DNA of 64,000 nucleotides from the NCBI GenBank assembly GCA_964016885.1, contig OZ024743.1, forward strand, positions 33,356,001-33,420,000, in the 5' to 3' direction. Shown piece by piece: positions 51,619 to 64,000 of this stretch (positions within the stretch are counted from its first letter, which is position 1; each line of letters begins with the position of its first letter). This stretch comes from Eledone cirrhosa. Its lineage: Eukaryota. Under the pieces are notes generated by a model that was given only the letters and a program-made list of their open reading frames with translations, was not told the DNA's origin and did not search any database. Made by a program: the position numbers and the translations under genes.

Positions 51619-53379
51619 AAAATAATAGGGGTCGCAGTGGGGGTGGACATTTGCTGAAATTCTTATATGGGGGAGGGGTCGGTTATTGTATAGTGTACGT
51701 TCGTAAATATGGGATTTCTTGTAATGTTCTTTTTTTTGTCAATATATAATGTTTATTCTAATGTAAAATAAAATTATTATTAGATTCTCCAGCTGCTGTA
51801 TCGATATAAATCACTTACAGTAAAATTTTGCCAGAGATAGATTAACAAAATTTAATAAGCAGGAAGGGAGGGGGTGTTTGGAAAAAATATGAAAAATTAA
51901 TAAGCAGGTGGCGATTATTGAAGACCAGAGAGTATGTGAGAGAAGTTAGATGAAATGTATTAATAATACAGTGTTATTTCAGAAATATACATAATAAACA
52001 AATATTACTGCACTGAAATACTTAAATTACTGAGACATCTACTTTTCAGTTATTAAAAAACTAGGATTTTTTTTCAACACACTGATGTGTATCTGTATAT
52101 ATGTGTGTGTATATGTATATATTTATATGTATAAGTATATAAATATAAGCATGCAAATTCAGACACACTTCCAAAAATACACACTCAGATATACATTCAC
52201 ACAAACACACACATATATTCACACAAACACACACATATATTCACACAAACACACACACACATTCACACAAACACACACATACATTCACACAGACACATGC
52301 ACACATACACAGCATAACATATGGAACACCAGCCGCTATTTTGCTATAGTTTTTCACCACCCCCTGCTTTCCTTTTACACATTCATTCATACAGGCAGCC
52401 GACATAAAGAGAGAGGAGTAGTATGAGGTAGTCAAACTACTCCTCTCTCTATGTGTTGTGACAGAATTGCAGAAATTTATATATAGATGCTATTAACCAA
52501 ACTGGCTTCCACATACACCAAATTTTGTTTCAATAGATTTATGAAACACTGCAAAATAAAAGGCCAGTCTTATTGTCTAAAAAAGTCTAAAGTGTGTCTT
52601 AAGCTATTTAAGGCTTGTTAGGCTGGTGCTTATCTCGGTTTCATGGCATGAAGCGACTGAGAGTACAAGACACCCCCCTGAACAGGACACCAGTCCATTG
52701 CAGGGTTAAACCGCAAGCTATTGCTGGTACTTATTTTCAGCGAAGCAATGTGAATTGAAGTGTTTTGCTGAAGAACACAAAATGCAACCCAGCCCAAGAA
52801 TCGAACCCTTCTTATTATGATCGTAAGTCCAACTCCCTTACCACTAGGCCATGCCCCTCCAGTCTCATTGTGTGAAGAAAATTCTAAATTTTCATCTTAA
52901 ATATGAAATAAATGGAACCAGTCCAGTGTAAGGAGATTTTTTTCTCAACTTTGTTGGAATGGTAACATGTTTATTTCTACTTTTATATTTTTATTGAATA
53001 CTAGCAGAATGGCCCGGTGTTGCTCAGGATTTACTCTAGGGTTCTTATATATTTGATATATATTTATCCTTATCGAGCCTCGTGAAATAAATACGTTGTT
53101 ATTGTATGCAAAAATATCTGTACACAAATATATAATTATATATATATATATATTTAATGAAGGGTTAAAAATGAATTAAGTAATAGTTAGAAGTTGTTAA
53201 ATGGATTAGCATGGTTATAGTTGAAATAACAAAAATATTACAGGTGTAATAATGAGACTATAAAGAATAATTGATTTGGTTATATATAGTTTACTTCACG
53301 TGAATCAATTAAAAAGTACATATAAAACAGTTACCAAGAGTTGTTAATGTAGTTATTGCTGCTGATGTGAGGCTGTTGT

Positions 53380-53837
53380 AGTCTATTGTTGTTGTTGGTG
53401 TGAAAACAGCGAGCGACAGATAATTGTTGTTGTTGGAGTTAAAAGAGCGAGCGCCAGATAATTGTTGTTGTTGTTGGAATTTGGTGTCCGTGGTAGTAGT
53501 TGTGAGACCATAGTTAGTAAGAGAGAGAGAGAGATATGGTTTGTATATCTCTAAATGGTCTGTAGTAGTAGGGCTTCAATCTCTGTGTATGTATCTGTAG
53601 ACCCCATGGGGTCTGTTGATAGTGGTGAATCCTTACATAGTTAGTTGCTAGCGTAATGCTCTGATATCTCTGTGTTTAAAGTGGGAAAATATAGGCTTTA
53701 TATAGCTATCGCTTCCTGTCTCCCCACCTTGAGGGGATAGCCAACGCATCAACCTGTCTACACTAAAAAGGGTGTTGACCTAGAATTTAACATTTAGGTA
53801 TCACCCAAAGTTCAAGGCGCGGACAGATTTCGCTACA
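53380..53837 (-). mobile_element. LTR-like fragment
   Basis: Begins TGTAGCGAAATC on minus like the 40710 LTR, with TATATAAAG; left boundary uncertain. Confidence 0.4.
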
Positions 53838-54042
53838 TATATATATATATATATATATATAACAGTACAGAGAAGTATGGAATACCTCGGCCTCGGGTCT
53901 ACATTTTGTGCTTATGAAACAAATTTGTCGTACATTACCAGGGTTTTTTTCCGTGTGAAGAAAATCAATACTTTATCGCAAAATAAATACTTTTGGTTAT
54001 ATTTTGTTATTGTGTATGCAAAAATATCTGTACACGAATATA

Positions 54043-54105
<63 letters not shown>

Positions 54106-54548
54106 CATTAACAGAGAAAACCCTAAGCGATACTCTAACCAACTCCATCTCACTCAACAAACATTAGGATATACCTGAGTATAATCCCAATATATATATA
54201 TAAGCAACGGTCACACATCATTTCTTTCTTTTTTGGCGTTATTTCTTCTTTTCTCTTCTCTCTCTCTCTCTTCCTTTTTCCTTTTTATATATTTTCTCCC
54301 TAATACGTCTATTTACGCATTTAAATATTTATGAATGTATGTATTTATTTATTTTCTTCTTGCATTTCCTCATACTCACCCCCTCTATATACCCAAATCT
54401 TGCTCCACATCCTCTACATCTTTAAATTTAAGTTTATCATGTTATTATTTGTGGTATATAAATGTTGAGATTTGTTGTAATAAATCACTGCCAATACTGG
54501 AATTGAACCATCAAGACCGTTGAGGTATGTCATACATCAATTCATGTA

Positions 54549-54610
54549 TTTTATCTGACGAGGACGTACTGAATAAACAGCACAGTACCTTCGAAATATA
54601 TATAATAAAA
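54549..54610 (+). ncRNA. Minimal type I hammerhead ribozyme (family B)
   Basis: ttttat CTGACGA gga-c-gtactg..cagtac-c-ttc GAAA tatata TA ataaaa. Confidence 0.85.
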
Positions 54611-54626
54611 CATTTATTTTGATTAT

Positions 54627-54898
54627 GGCTTGATTTCTACAGCTGGATGCCCTTCCTAACACCAACCTCATTTACAGTGAGTGTTGGGTGCTTTTTTGCC
54701 GTGGCACCTCCACGACCACTTTGCAGTGGAATGATATGGACCCCAGTCCTATCATCTCATTTCTACAGCTGAGTAAACTGGAGCAATGTGAAATAAAGTG
54801 TCTTGCTCAAGGAAACAACATATCACCTCGTTTGAGAATTGAACTCGCAACCTTTCGATTGCAAGGTCAATGCTCTAACCACTAAGCCATGTGCCTCC
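54627..54898 (-). mobile_element. SINE family 2, 3'-truncated
   Basis: Matches 28895-29161. Confidence 0.85.
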
Positions 54899-54961
54899 AT
54901 ATATATATCTATATAGTGACGAAACATAAGTCAATTGCATGAACTCATAATCCTTTATTTA

Positions 54962-55015
54962 CTGCTATATATATTTCGATGATAGCCATTGAGTGGCTAT
55001 GACCTCATCAGGCAG
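54962..55015 (-). ncRNA. Minimal type I hammerhead ribozyme (family G, 3' pLTR)
   Basis: ctgc CTGATGA ggt-c-atagcca-ctcaa-tggctat-c-atc GAAA tatata TA gcag. Confidence 0.9.
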
Positions 55016-55323
55016 ATAGTCAGTTCTTAGATATGCCAGCTCTGTGTTTATGGTGTTGATTGTATGGGACATATGAGCTTGTTAGGAATAATTTAATGTT
55101 GTCAGCAGGAATAGTCTTAATTCTTATTGGTCAGTTTGTAGATGCTAGTAGGGTTGGTATTTGACCTCAAAGAGGCAAGTGGTGTTGTATAGTTCAAACC
55201 ATCAGGCAAGATGACAATAGTTCCATATGACTGATTTTCACAAAAAGCATTCCTGGTCAGATATATATTCAATTGTATGAAATATATTCAATAGTATGAA
55301 ATTCGATACTACAGGTCAATCTT

Positions 55324-55619
55324 AAATTGAGGAATTTATGTAGGGTGGTACTACTGAAAATTATGGTTGGAGTAGAATACTAGAAAATTTACATATAAAA
55401 AGACTTATGTTGGTTGACTTGCACATACATTCACACCCACCCCGACAGACACACACACACATCCGCACATACAAATTGAGGAATTTATGTGGGGTGATAA
55501 TACTGAAAATTATGGTAAGAGTCAAATACTTTAGAAATAAAAAAACCTATGTTGGTTGACTTGTACATACACTCACACCTACCCCCTCAGACACACACAC
55601 ACATCTACACACACAAATC
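55324..55619. repeat. 149-bp tandem duplication in the PLE-2 3' UTR
   Basis: AAATTGAGGAATTTATGT starts at 55324 and 55473. Confidence 0.85.
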
Positions 55620-56270
55620 CATACAGGTGTGTATATATATATGTACGCACAAGTGCATATATATATACAGAGGCCCCCAAATCCAGGTATAAGGCAGACA
55701 TAAAACTAGGTGGGTGTTATTTTTAAAGAAAAAGTGGGTGTTTGGAAAAGTTATTGTTTAGACTAGACAAAGTAGAGTGTGATATATATCTTCACAGCAA
55801 TAGCTTGGGGGCTTTGGAGCTTAGGCGAATCCCTTAGTACGGATACACATACCCAGCCACACTTTTATACCTCTGGATGCGTGTGTATGTCTATATACAC
55901 ATGTGCACTCATACAAGAGAGCATATACAAACATACTCCTAAGCATAGACTTGAACATTCTTCAAATGCAACCTGGGGTATTAGTATTTCGTTGCGTTCA
56001 TATGAGTGTGTATACTCACGTAATCCCAGTATACACACACTATGTACGTTTGCGGGAACTCATTCATGTGTATAGGGTTAGTACCTTGGTATGATTGTTC
56101 TTCCTGTGTGGGCCACTCTCTGGGGGGGTTCCTCAGGTTCAATAAACGAGGTTTTGTTGCCTCCTAACCAGAAGAGGATCCAGTGGACAATCCACCGTAG
56201 GGACCACAAACTATGGGTGGTTGTAGTCCATTGCGGGGAGGGGGGCGTTGTGGGAGGTCAGAACCGGGGT

Positions 56271-58900
56271 TTATCCATATAGTTTGAGGAAAGTTCCTGT
56301 CCTTAGGTATCTGCAGGCGCCGAATAAATTGGCCCTTCTGTTTAATAGCTTGGTTCCGCCATGAAGTATCTCAAGTGTCTCACTAAGACAGAGGTTGCAA
56401 ATACCAGACCCACCTCTGTCTGGGGGAACCTTTCTAACCACGGACCAAACCAGAGAGTGCGGGGTCTTTTCAAGTTTGAGCTTCCAGATCAATTTAGAAA
56501 GGGCCATACATTTCCTCTTTTCTATTCTGTTAAAGGAATGGCAATGGTTATACTATCTATCTTTGAAGCTCGTCGCCGTGGATCCTATGTAGTGGTGCGC
56601 CGAGTTAGGGGTTGTGACCTTGCACCTGTAGACTACGTTTTTCGTCATGCATTCATTACTAAATTACTAAGGGGGCATAGTGGGGGGTCTCTGCAATTGC
56701 ATGACTTCTTAAGCCCCAGCACATGTACCGCGTGGTTACCATCACTCGGGGTTGGCTGGGTAGCCGCCGCAATCAGCACAGGGTGGTTGGATTCCAGTGT
56801 GCTACATTGGCCTGTCCGGGGTCTGGTGTGTCCCGCGTGCTGGTTCCGTTGGGTGGCTCCGGGGTTTACGGTGGTATTAGAGGAAGTGAGCCTATTCCTA
56901 TTTATGCCGGCTATGTGCTGGGTTACAGAGCGTGTGGTTGAGTAGGAAAGTTTCACCGTGTGCCTGTTGAATATTTTATGGTACTTGTGGGCCCTAGGGA
57001 AACATTTATCCAGTACTCTAAAGAATGTTCTAGCCAGGCTGGTACGTAGACCCACTGAGTACGGGGCATTATACCATGTGACCTTCCTGGTCTTATTCTT
57101 GCGGGGTTGTTGGGTGTCCGCCGTGGTCCATCATGGGGTTGTGCACAGCTCAGGTCGAGCTCGGTTGGTGTCACTCAGGTGTTCGGGGCGGACACTATCA
57201 TGAGGGTTATAAGGGCCCACCGTGGGGCTATAGACCTGCGCAGTGCGGCCTCCCTGCTCAATTAGGGTCCGGAGGGTGGTGGGGCTGGTGCAGGGGTGTC
57301 TATCCAGGGGTCTTCAGCGTTGTAGGTATTAGACCGGTGGGGTATGCGGGACCCTCTACCGGGGGTGGTGACAGATAGGGGTTTGGGAGTGTTACTACTG
57401 GTCAGCGAGGTGTTAGGTGGGCGACCCATGCCCCTGAGGGTATTGGCCCGGGGTACCCTTGGGTCATCTCGATCATGTCCCTTAGGGTTATAGCTGATCC
57501 TATGGCTGTGGGATGCCTTAGCTAGCACTGAGTTATAGTAATCAGCATTACTATTGAAGGTCTCTTTATTGGCAGACAAGTTAGAGATCCTGTCAGAGAC
57601 ACTCTTAACTATAGATCTAGGGTGATTGGACCCAGCGTTGATATACACCAGCTTCTCTTGGGTTTATGATATCGGTGGTGTAGCTTGGTGTTGAGGTTGA
57701 GGGTGGTGTCCAGGAAATTCACTACTTTTCTATTGGGTTCCATCTCTACTTTAAGTTCTACCTTGCTAAAGAAGTGTCTAATTCTCCTCTTCATATTTTC
57801 GACCATTGTGGTCCACGATGGTGAAGAGTGCATCGTCTCGGTACAGCCCGCCACCCAGGTTGGGTATTTTGCTCCTGATCTCGTAGAGTATATATATCCC
57901 AACCAAGTCCGTTAGCTGTGCGGAGTCACTGGAGCCCATTGTAATGTCAAAATTATTTGGCCAGTCACTCTGGGTCCATATGTCCCTACCGAATCGGATC
58001 AGGGTCTTTCTGGCGGCGTGTATGATTCGGACCACGTTACGCGTTAGGTCTGTCCTATTCATCGCGAATATGAGTGCCTGGTTCAGGACTATGGGCGAGA
58101 TAGAGGAGTAGTAATTGTTGATGTCTAGTTGTATGAAGCTAGTCCTATGTTTGTCAGGTAAAAATGTAAACCAGTCCAGCACCTGGCTGGTGCAGGACCA
58201 GAGTTGTAACCTTATTTTACTCTTAAATGTGGGTAGGATCCTATTAAAAATGCTTTTGCTGATAACCCCCATGTCTGACCGGGAGGGGGCTGTTAGACTC
58301 AGAGTTTGGTTTGTGGTCCTTAATGGTAATCCTCGGCTCCCCCGGTTGGTATGGGGCCGTCCTATTATCTATGCCAAGACCAGATATGATCTCATAAGCC
58401 TTGATGTTGATATCCTCCAGGGTAGCCTCGGGCGTTTTTTTGTAGCTTTTTCTCAATTCCCTGAGGATTAGCTCATGGTAAAGTTGAACGTCCATGCTGT
58501 AAAGGTTGTTGGTTTTGTCAGCATGGACGAGTAATCCTGTAGATTCTTTAAGCTCGGTAATTCCATTTTCCAGTCGTCTAAGGTACTCTCGACCCCGGTA
58601 TGGTTGGTCAGAAAATTTGATGTTGGAAATTATGCCAATCATTTCGTTCTCGAACTCCTCCAATAGTCTGTTGTGGGGAGGGGGTGGGGGTTCCTTCTTG
58701 ATCTGAAGAGGCACTCCATGGTTTTTTTGTTATTAGTATTGGGGTTTCCTCTATCAAAGTGGTAAGCCCTCCACCTCATCCTGTGTATTAGGGAGTCAGT
58801 ACTCTTAGTGAGATTCCTGGTGTATTCTCATTTACCCGGTAATGGGATGTCCTTCAGTGATGCCAGAGTGGTGAGTTTATTTATATTGGCTGCAGTCCGC
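56271..58900 (-). pseudogene. Frameshifted Penelope ORF (RT, Cys linker, GIY-YIG)
   Basis: SLKDIPLP..RMRWRAY, ADKTNN, TIKDHK, QLDINNYY, ITMGSSDSAQL, GLYRDDAL, NFLD, YINAGSNHP, CNCRDPPLCPL, VVYRCKV..HYIGST, CNLCLSE. Confidence 0.92.
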
Positions 58901-59070
58901 TACTGTATGAAGTGCTCAACAGGGTGTGGAGCATGGGGTAAGCAAGAAAGTTTTGGTAAAATCCAGTACTTCAGTATGCGGATAGGGAGCACTCAACGAA
59001 GATATAAGTTCCGGAGTTATAATAGTGACGAAACATAAGTCAATTGTATGAACCCATAATCCTTTATTTA

Positions 59071-59124
59071 CTGCTATATATATTTCGATGATAACCATTG
59101 AGTGGCTATGACCTCATCAGGCAG
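59071..59124 (-). ncRNA. Minimal type I hammerhead ribozyme (family G, 5' pLTR)
   Basis: Same as 54962-55015 except one G-C to G-U change in stem II. Confidence 0.9.
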
Positions 59125-59969
59125 TTATGGTTGGTCGGAAAATTTAATGTTGGAAATGATGCCAATCATTTCGTTCTCGAACTCCTCCAATAGTCTGTTG
59201 GGGGGGGGGGGGTTAAGCCCTCCACCACATCCTGCGTATTAGGGAGTCAGTACTCTTCTATATAAACAGCAGATTAAAGTTTAAGCAAAGAATCGTTGCT
59301 TAACGCAGAAGTAAATATTTCGAAAAACGTTACACACTATATATATATATATACACATACACACTATATATACATATATACACACACACACACAGCTACG
59401 TCATAATGTTGTAATGCAGACAGCTCGGCATACAGACAGATATTATAAGGGCGCAACATTATATCTATGTATCTATCTAAAAAGAGAAAGACTAAGAGAG
59501 AGAGAAAGAGATCACTTAATCGTCTAATATTTTATGCTCAAAACACTCACAGGACCATAAGTATTACATGTGTAAAGTTTGAAAACAATCGGTTGGGTGG
59601 TTCTCAAGTTTTAGTGATCGGACAGACAAACAGACATTCTCTGTTTTAGATATATAGATAGATCCTTCTTTTAATAGACTGTGGATTAACAGAGTTGTTA
59701 GGGACATCAGGTTAATATCTTGGTAGTTGTTCCAGCTCACTGCACACCTAGTTCAAATCCTGCTGAAGTCAACTTCATCTTTCATCCTTTTGGAGTAAAT
59801 AAAGTATCAATCCTTGGGATAGTGAATTAGTGAAATTGCTAAAGAGTTAGACCTGAGACTTTGCATAGAACAACGCTTCCCAAATTTTTTCAAGTGCGGA
59901 ACCCTTTTTGGTTCAGAAACTTTTGGGGGAATCGCAAAGTCTAAAACTGTTATATGGTCGTAATATAAA

Positions 59970-60243
59970 TGTTGTATGGACTGGGAATCGAACTCACAAC
60001 CTCATTGTTGTATGGACTGTTAAATTTCTATTCAATTTACATGTGCTCACACATTTGCATATGAATCACGTGACCTGGGCAGTCAGTCAGCTTTGGTATT
60101 AAAAACTCGGTCACAGACTGCTACTGACTTACTTTATGTTATTCTGCTACTGCGAAGAGGGGCGTTTTGGTTGTTTCGCAAATTACACAAATTATTTTGA
60201 TATAACTCGTGTTTTCTCTGCGAGTACCGAGAGGAATACAACA
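59970..60243 (+). repeat. 5' LTR of the Gypsy element
   Basis: TGTTGTAT...ATACAACA inverted termini; alternative start at 60006. Confidence 0.75.
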
Positions 60244-60251
60244 GAGTTTAT

Positions 60252-60270
60252 TGGCATCGCCGATAGGATT
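60252..60270 (+). promoter_or_regulatory. Primer binding site (tRNA-Ser-like)
   Basis: TGGCATCGCCGATAGGATT 8 nt after the LTR end; resembles the complement of a tRNA-Ser 3' end (identity is inference). Confidence 0.6.
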
Positions 60271-60306
60271 TACTTACATTGCCGGGAAATTGTTTATCAC
60301 AAAAAC

Positions 60307-63300
60307 ATGGCGGAACAACAAACAGCGGAGCTAATAAAGTTGTTTAGAGAACAGATGGAACAACAAATGCAACAACAGGAACAACACAAGAAAGATATGG
60401 ACACTCTGATAAAACTGTTTGGTGCTCGAGATTCTGAACAACAGAGTTTATTGGCGTTGCCAGTTGCTTTGACACCAACAGCATTCATCCCACCATTTGC
60501 TGCTTTTGATTCAACAACAGAACTATGGCCTGATTACTGGTCAAGATTCTGCACGTTTGTGGCTGCTAACGCTGTACCCGAGCAACGCATGGCACAAGTG
60601 TTCCTGACTAATCAGATGGCTGCTATCTACAAACAACTTGCAAATCTGGCTGCTCAACAAAATCCGCCTAAGAATATCAACAAGTTGACAATGGACGAAA
60701 TTGTTGACTTCATGAAAGAACAGTTCAACCCAAAACTTTTCATTGTGAGAGAACGTTTCAAGTTCTGGAGTGACATGCAACGGAAGCCAGGCGAAACTCT
60801 CCAGGAGCTGGCAGCACGTATACGTCAGGATGCAGCTACTTGTGATTTTCCTTCGATCACAAATCCACAAGATGAAGCTCTAAGACAGAGATTTATATGT
60901 TCTGTCAATAATGAAGCTGTGTTGAAGGCTATTTTCAAGATCAAGGATACAGAACTAGATTTCGCCCGTGCTGTCCAAGTTGCCATCGGGACCGAAGACG
61001 CAGCAAAGGTTGCCAAGGAAACTGTTTACGGTTCCAAAACCAAGCAAGTCTACAAGGTCCAGCAGAAATAGAACAAGGGTCCTCGAAAGAACTATCAGAA
61101 GTCTTATTCCACAGACCAGGAGATGTGCTACCGATGTGGAAAGGCCCACAAAGCGACAGACTGCCCCTTCAAAGAAGCCAAATGTCATTTTTGTGACAAA
61201 AAGGGACATTTGCAAGCGGTGTGTAGAAAGAAACAACATCAGCAACGTAATCATCGCTCACAGAATTACGTGAAAAGAATCACGAAAGCTGAGCAAGTCA
61301 AGGCGATCCTTGGTGAAGTTCCCCACGATACTCATAGTTTGAATGTGCCAATAACAATCCAGAACAGACTTTTCACAATGGAATTGGACACAGCTACTAC
61401 AGGCAATTTTGTTTCCTTGTCAGTTTGGAAACAATTAGGAAAACCGAAGCTGCAAGATGTCAAACATCGGTTTGAATCTGCCAGCAAGCACGACCTGCCC
61501 GTTCTGGGAACTTTCATCGGCCAAACCAAGGACCCAACGACCGGCAAACGGAATTCAATACCCTACATCGTCACCAAGATCCCTGATCTTAATTTGCTGG
61601 GACGAAACGCTATCCAGACTCTGGGAATTTCCGTGGACAATGCTCTAGGATTGAAAAGCATAGACAGCCAGGCCAAGAGTGAGGGTGCAGAAGTGATGCA
61701 TCCAAAGACCTCAAATGAGCCCTATATTTCCATGCAATGAGATTGTCACAACATGTGTGATGAATTCCCAGATCTCTTCAAGCAAGAATTAGGATGTCTT
61801 AATGACTTCGAACTGGAAGTGAAGTTCAAGTCGGACGCTACACCGGTCTTTCACAAGGCACGCCTGGTCCCGTTTGCTCTTCGTGATGACCTGGCCAAAG
61901 GTTACGAAGAAGGCATCGCCAAAGGAATCTGGAAGCCAGTACAGTTCAACGAATACGGAACGCCAGTGGTACCGATTCGTAAAGCACATACTTCAGGCAA
62001 CCTGAAGCCCAAACTACAGATTTGTGGTGACTACTCTGTGGGAATTAATGACCAACCTGCAGATCATCGTCATCCAATGCCACTCCCAGAGGAACTGATG
62101 CAGAAGCTCGGAGGTGGATTCGGATACACAAAGATTGATCTTGCTGATGCCTATAATCAGATCAAGCTGGCTCCAGAAAGTCAACGCAGGCTTGCACTCA
62201 GCACTCACCGTGGGGTGCTCCTGCAGGAACGACTCCCTTTCGGAATCAAGTCAGCACCTGGTTACTTTCAGGAGATCATGGAAAACCTGACTCAAGATCT
62301 ACCTGGTGTGGCCGTCTTCCAGGACGACATGCTCGTCAGTGGGAAAGATGCAAACGATCACCTGAACAACCTAAAGTGTCTGCTCACACGTCTGTGCGAC
62401 AAAGGACTCAAATGTCGCCGTGACAAGTGCCAGTTTGCACTACCCAGTGTGGAATACCTTGGACACACCTTGTCGGCTGAAGGGATCGCGAAGGGATCCA
62501 AGGTCGAAGCAGTTTTAAAGATGCCACCTCCAACGAACGTCTCAAGCTTGAAGTCTTTCCTGGGTTCAGTTCAGTTTTATGGAAAGTTTATCCCAAGCCT
62601 GGCCAGCATGGCAGAGCCACTCTATTGCCTTACAAAAAAAACGACTACTTGGAAGTGGGGAGATGAAGAACAGTCAGTTTTCGATCAGTTGAAAAATGTG
62701 CTTTCATCGGATCGAGTTTTGATACACTTCGATCCAAACAAAACTTTGGGACTGGCTTGCGACGCGTCAAACGTTGGTATTGGAGCAGTCCTGTTTCATC
62801 GCTATCCTGATGGAAGCGAGCGCCCAATATCCAATGTGTCCGAGACTCTTACTTCTGCACAGCGTAACTACGGCCAAATTCAAAAGGAAGCCCTGGCCAT
62901 CATATTTGGCTTGCAGAAGTTCTATCAGTATCTGTACGGACATCAGTTTATACTCGTAACTGACCACAAGCCACTGACATCACTGTTCAGTCCGAGGAAA
63001 GGGACGCCACTTCTCGCTGCTAACTGACTAGCACGGTGGGCCCTGTGGCTGAACCAGTTTGAATACACCATCGAATATCGGAAAACAGCGGATCATGGCA
63101 ATGCAGATGCCCTCAGTCGCTTGCCATTTGGTAATGACATCGACTTTGACAGGAAGGAAAATGGTGAAGACATGGACATGGTGTGCGCCATCAAAGCTCT
63201 CAGTCTTCAAGTCCAACCTATTGATGCTAACGTCCTCCGTCAAGAGTCAGGGAAAGATCCAGTGATATCTACAGTGATACGCTACGTCCGTGAAGGCTGG

Positions 63301-64000
63301 CCACCAAAGAATACTGAGATCAATGACGAAGGCAATAAGTTCCAGAAGTTATCGGATTCACTCAGTATCTGCCACGGATGCCTTATCCATGGATCGAGAG
63401 TTGTGATTCCACATAGCTTACAGCCAAAGATCCTTAATCTTCTGCATCTCGGACACTTTGGCATGGAGCGCATGAAACAATTGGCAAGAACTGCTGTTTA
63501 TTGGCCTGGTATTGATGCTGCTATAGAGAAAACCAGTCGACAATGTGATTCATGTGGTGAACATCAAAACCAGCCATCCAAGTCTCCAGTTCACCCATGG
63601 ATGTTACTTGAAAAGCCGTGGAGCCGCTTACACCTGGACCACGCAATAAATTTCATGGGCAGTAATTGGTTGTTGATCACGGATGCTTATTCCAAGTATC
63701 CATGCATTCATCCTACGTCATCCACGTCCTCCAGAGCCACTTTAGATCTGCTTGAAGAAGACTTTGCGCACTTTGGATTTCCTCACACGCTAGTCACCGA
63801 TAACGCACCAACTTTTATTTCTGAGGAGTTCCAGAGCTGGTGCAAAGAACGTGGGATCACGCACCTGACAGGGGCACCTTACCACCCAGCTACTAACGGA
63901 GCAGCGGAACGTTTGGTGCAGACCTTCAAACAAGCTCTGAGGAAGACTTCTCTTCCGCCTAAGCGAGCACTTCAAGAGTTCTTGATGCAGTACCGGAGAA
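60307..64000 (+). pseudogene. Ty3/Gypsy (Mag-like) gag-pol in one frame with three in-frame stops; runs off the window
   Basis: Gag with Cx2Cx3Hx4C and Cx2Cx4Hx4C knuckles, protease LDTA, RT (KIDLADAY, LPFG, FQDD, YLG), RNase H (CDAS, QKEAL, TDHKPL, NADALSR), integrase HHCC and D-D-E (LHLDHA, VTDNA, NGAAER). Confidence 0.93.

Larger units (their letters stand above)
54913..59124 (-). mobile_element. Near full-length Penelope-like retroelement (PLE-2) with direct terminal repeats (pLTR)
   Basis: ~103-bp direct repeats at 54913-55015 and 59022-59124, each with a hammerhead and AATAAA; RT plus GIY-YIG ORF remnants between them. Confidence 0.92.
53001..59662 (-). mobile_element. Helitron termini bracketing nested insertions (3' end at 53001, 5' part at 59410-59662)
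   Basis: A-CTAG-CAG..CCCGGTGTTGCTCAGG matches the termini at 3543 and 39094; 59410-59662 is homologous to the 5' half of the 3543-4224 element. Confidence 0.55.

Noticed and set aside
61069-61071. Programmed gag-pol readthrough at TAG
   Set aside because: The stop precedes the Gag zinc knuckles and two more stops follow, so mutation is the simpler explanation

Overview
AT-rich animal genomic DNA made almost entirely of transposons and (TA)n/(GT)n microsatellites. The repeat families suggest a mollusc, probably an octopus-like cephalopod (inference). I found no convincing host exon. The window holds two Penelope-like retroelements (one near full length, with RT plus C-terminal GIY-YIG), about ten RTE-clade LINE coding fragments (all on the minus strand, two with a PHD-type finger inserted in the RT), a Mag-like Gypsy element running off the right edge, a solo LTR, a mariner relic, three non-autonomous Helitrons, TTAA (piggyBac-type) MITEs and two tRNA-derived SINE families. 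The main hidden signal is about 15 minimal type I hammerhead ribozyme motifs from roughly 7 sequence families, 13 with intact core nucleotides. They sit at Penelope 3' ends or in short non-coding inserts beside (TA)n tracts, often as inverted pairs. Seven of them, from three families, share a C-C mismatch at the 4th position of stem II while the flanking pairs covary. There are also several fold-back palindromes. All folds and alignments were done by eye, and boundaries of decayed repeats are approximate.
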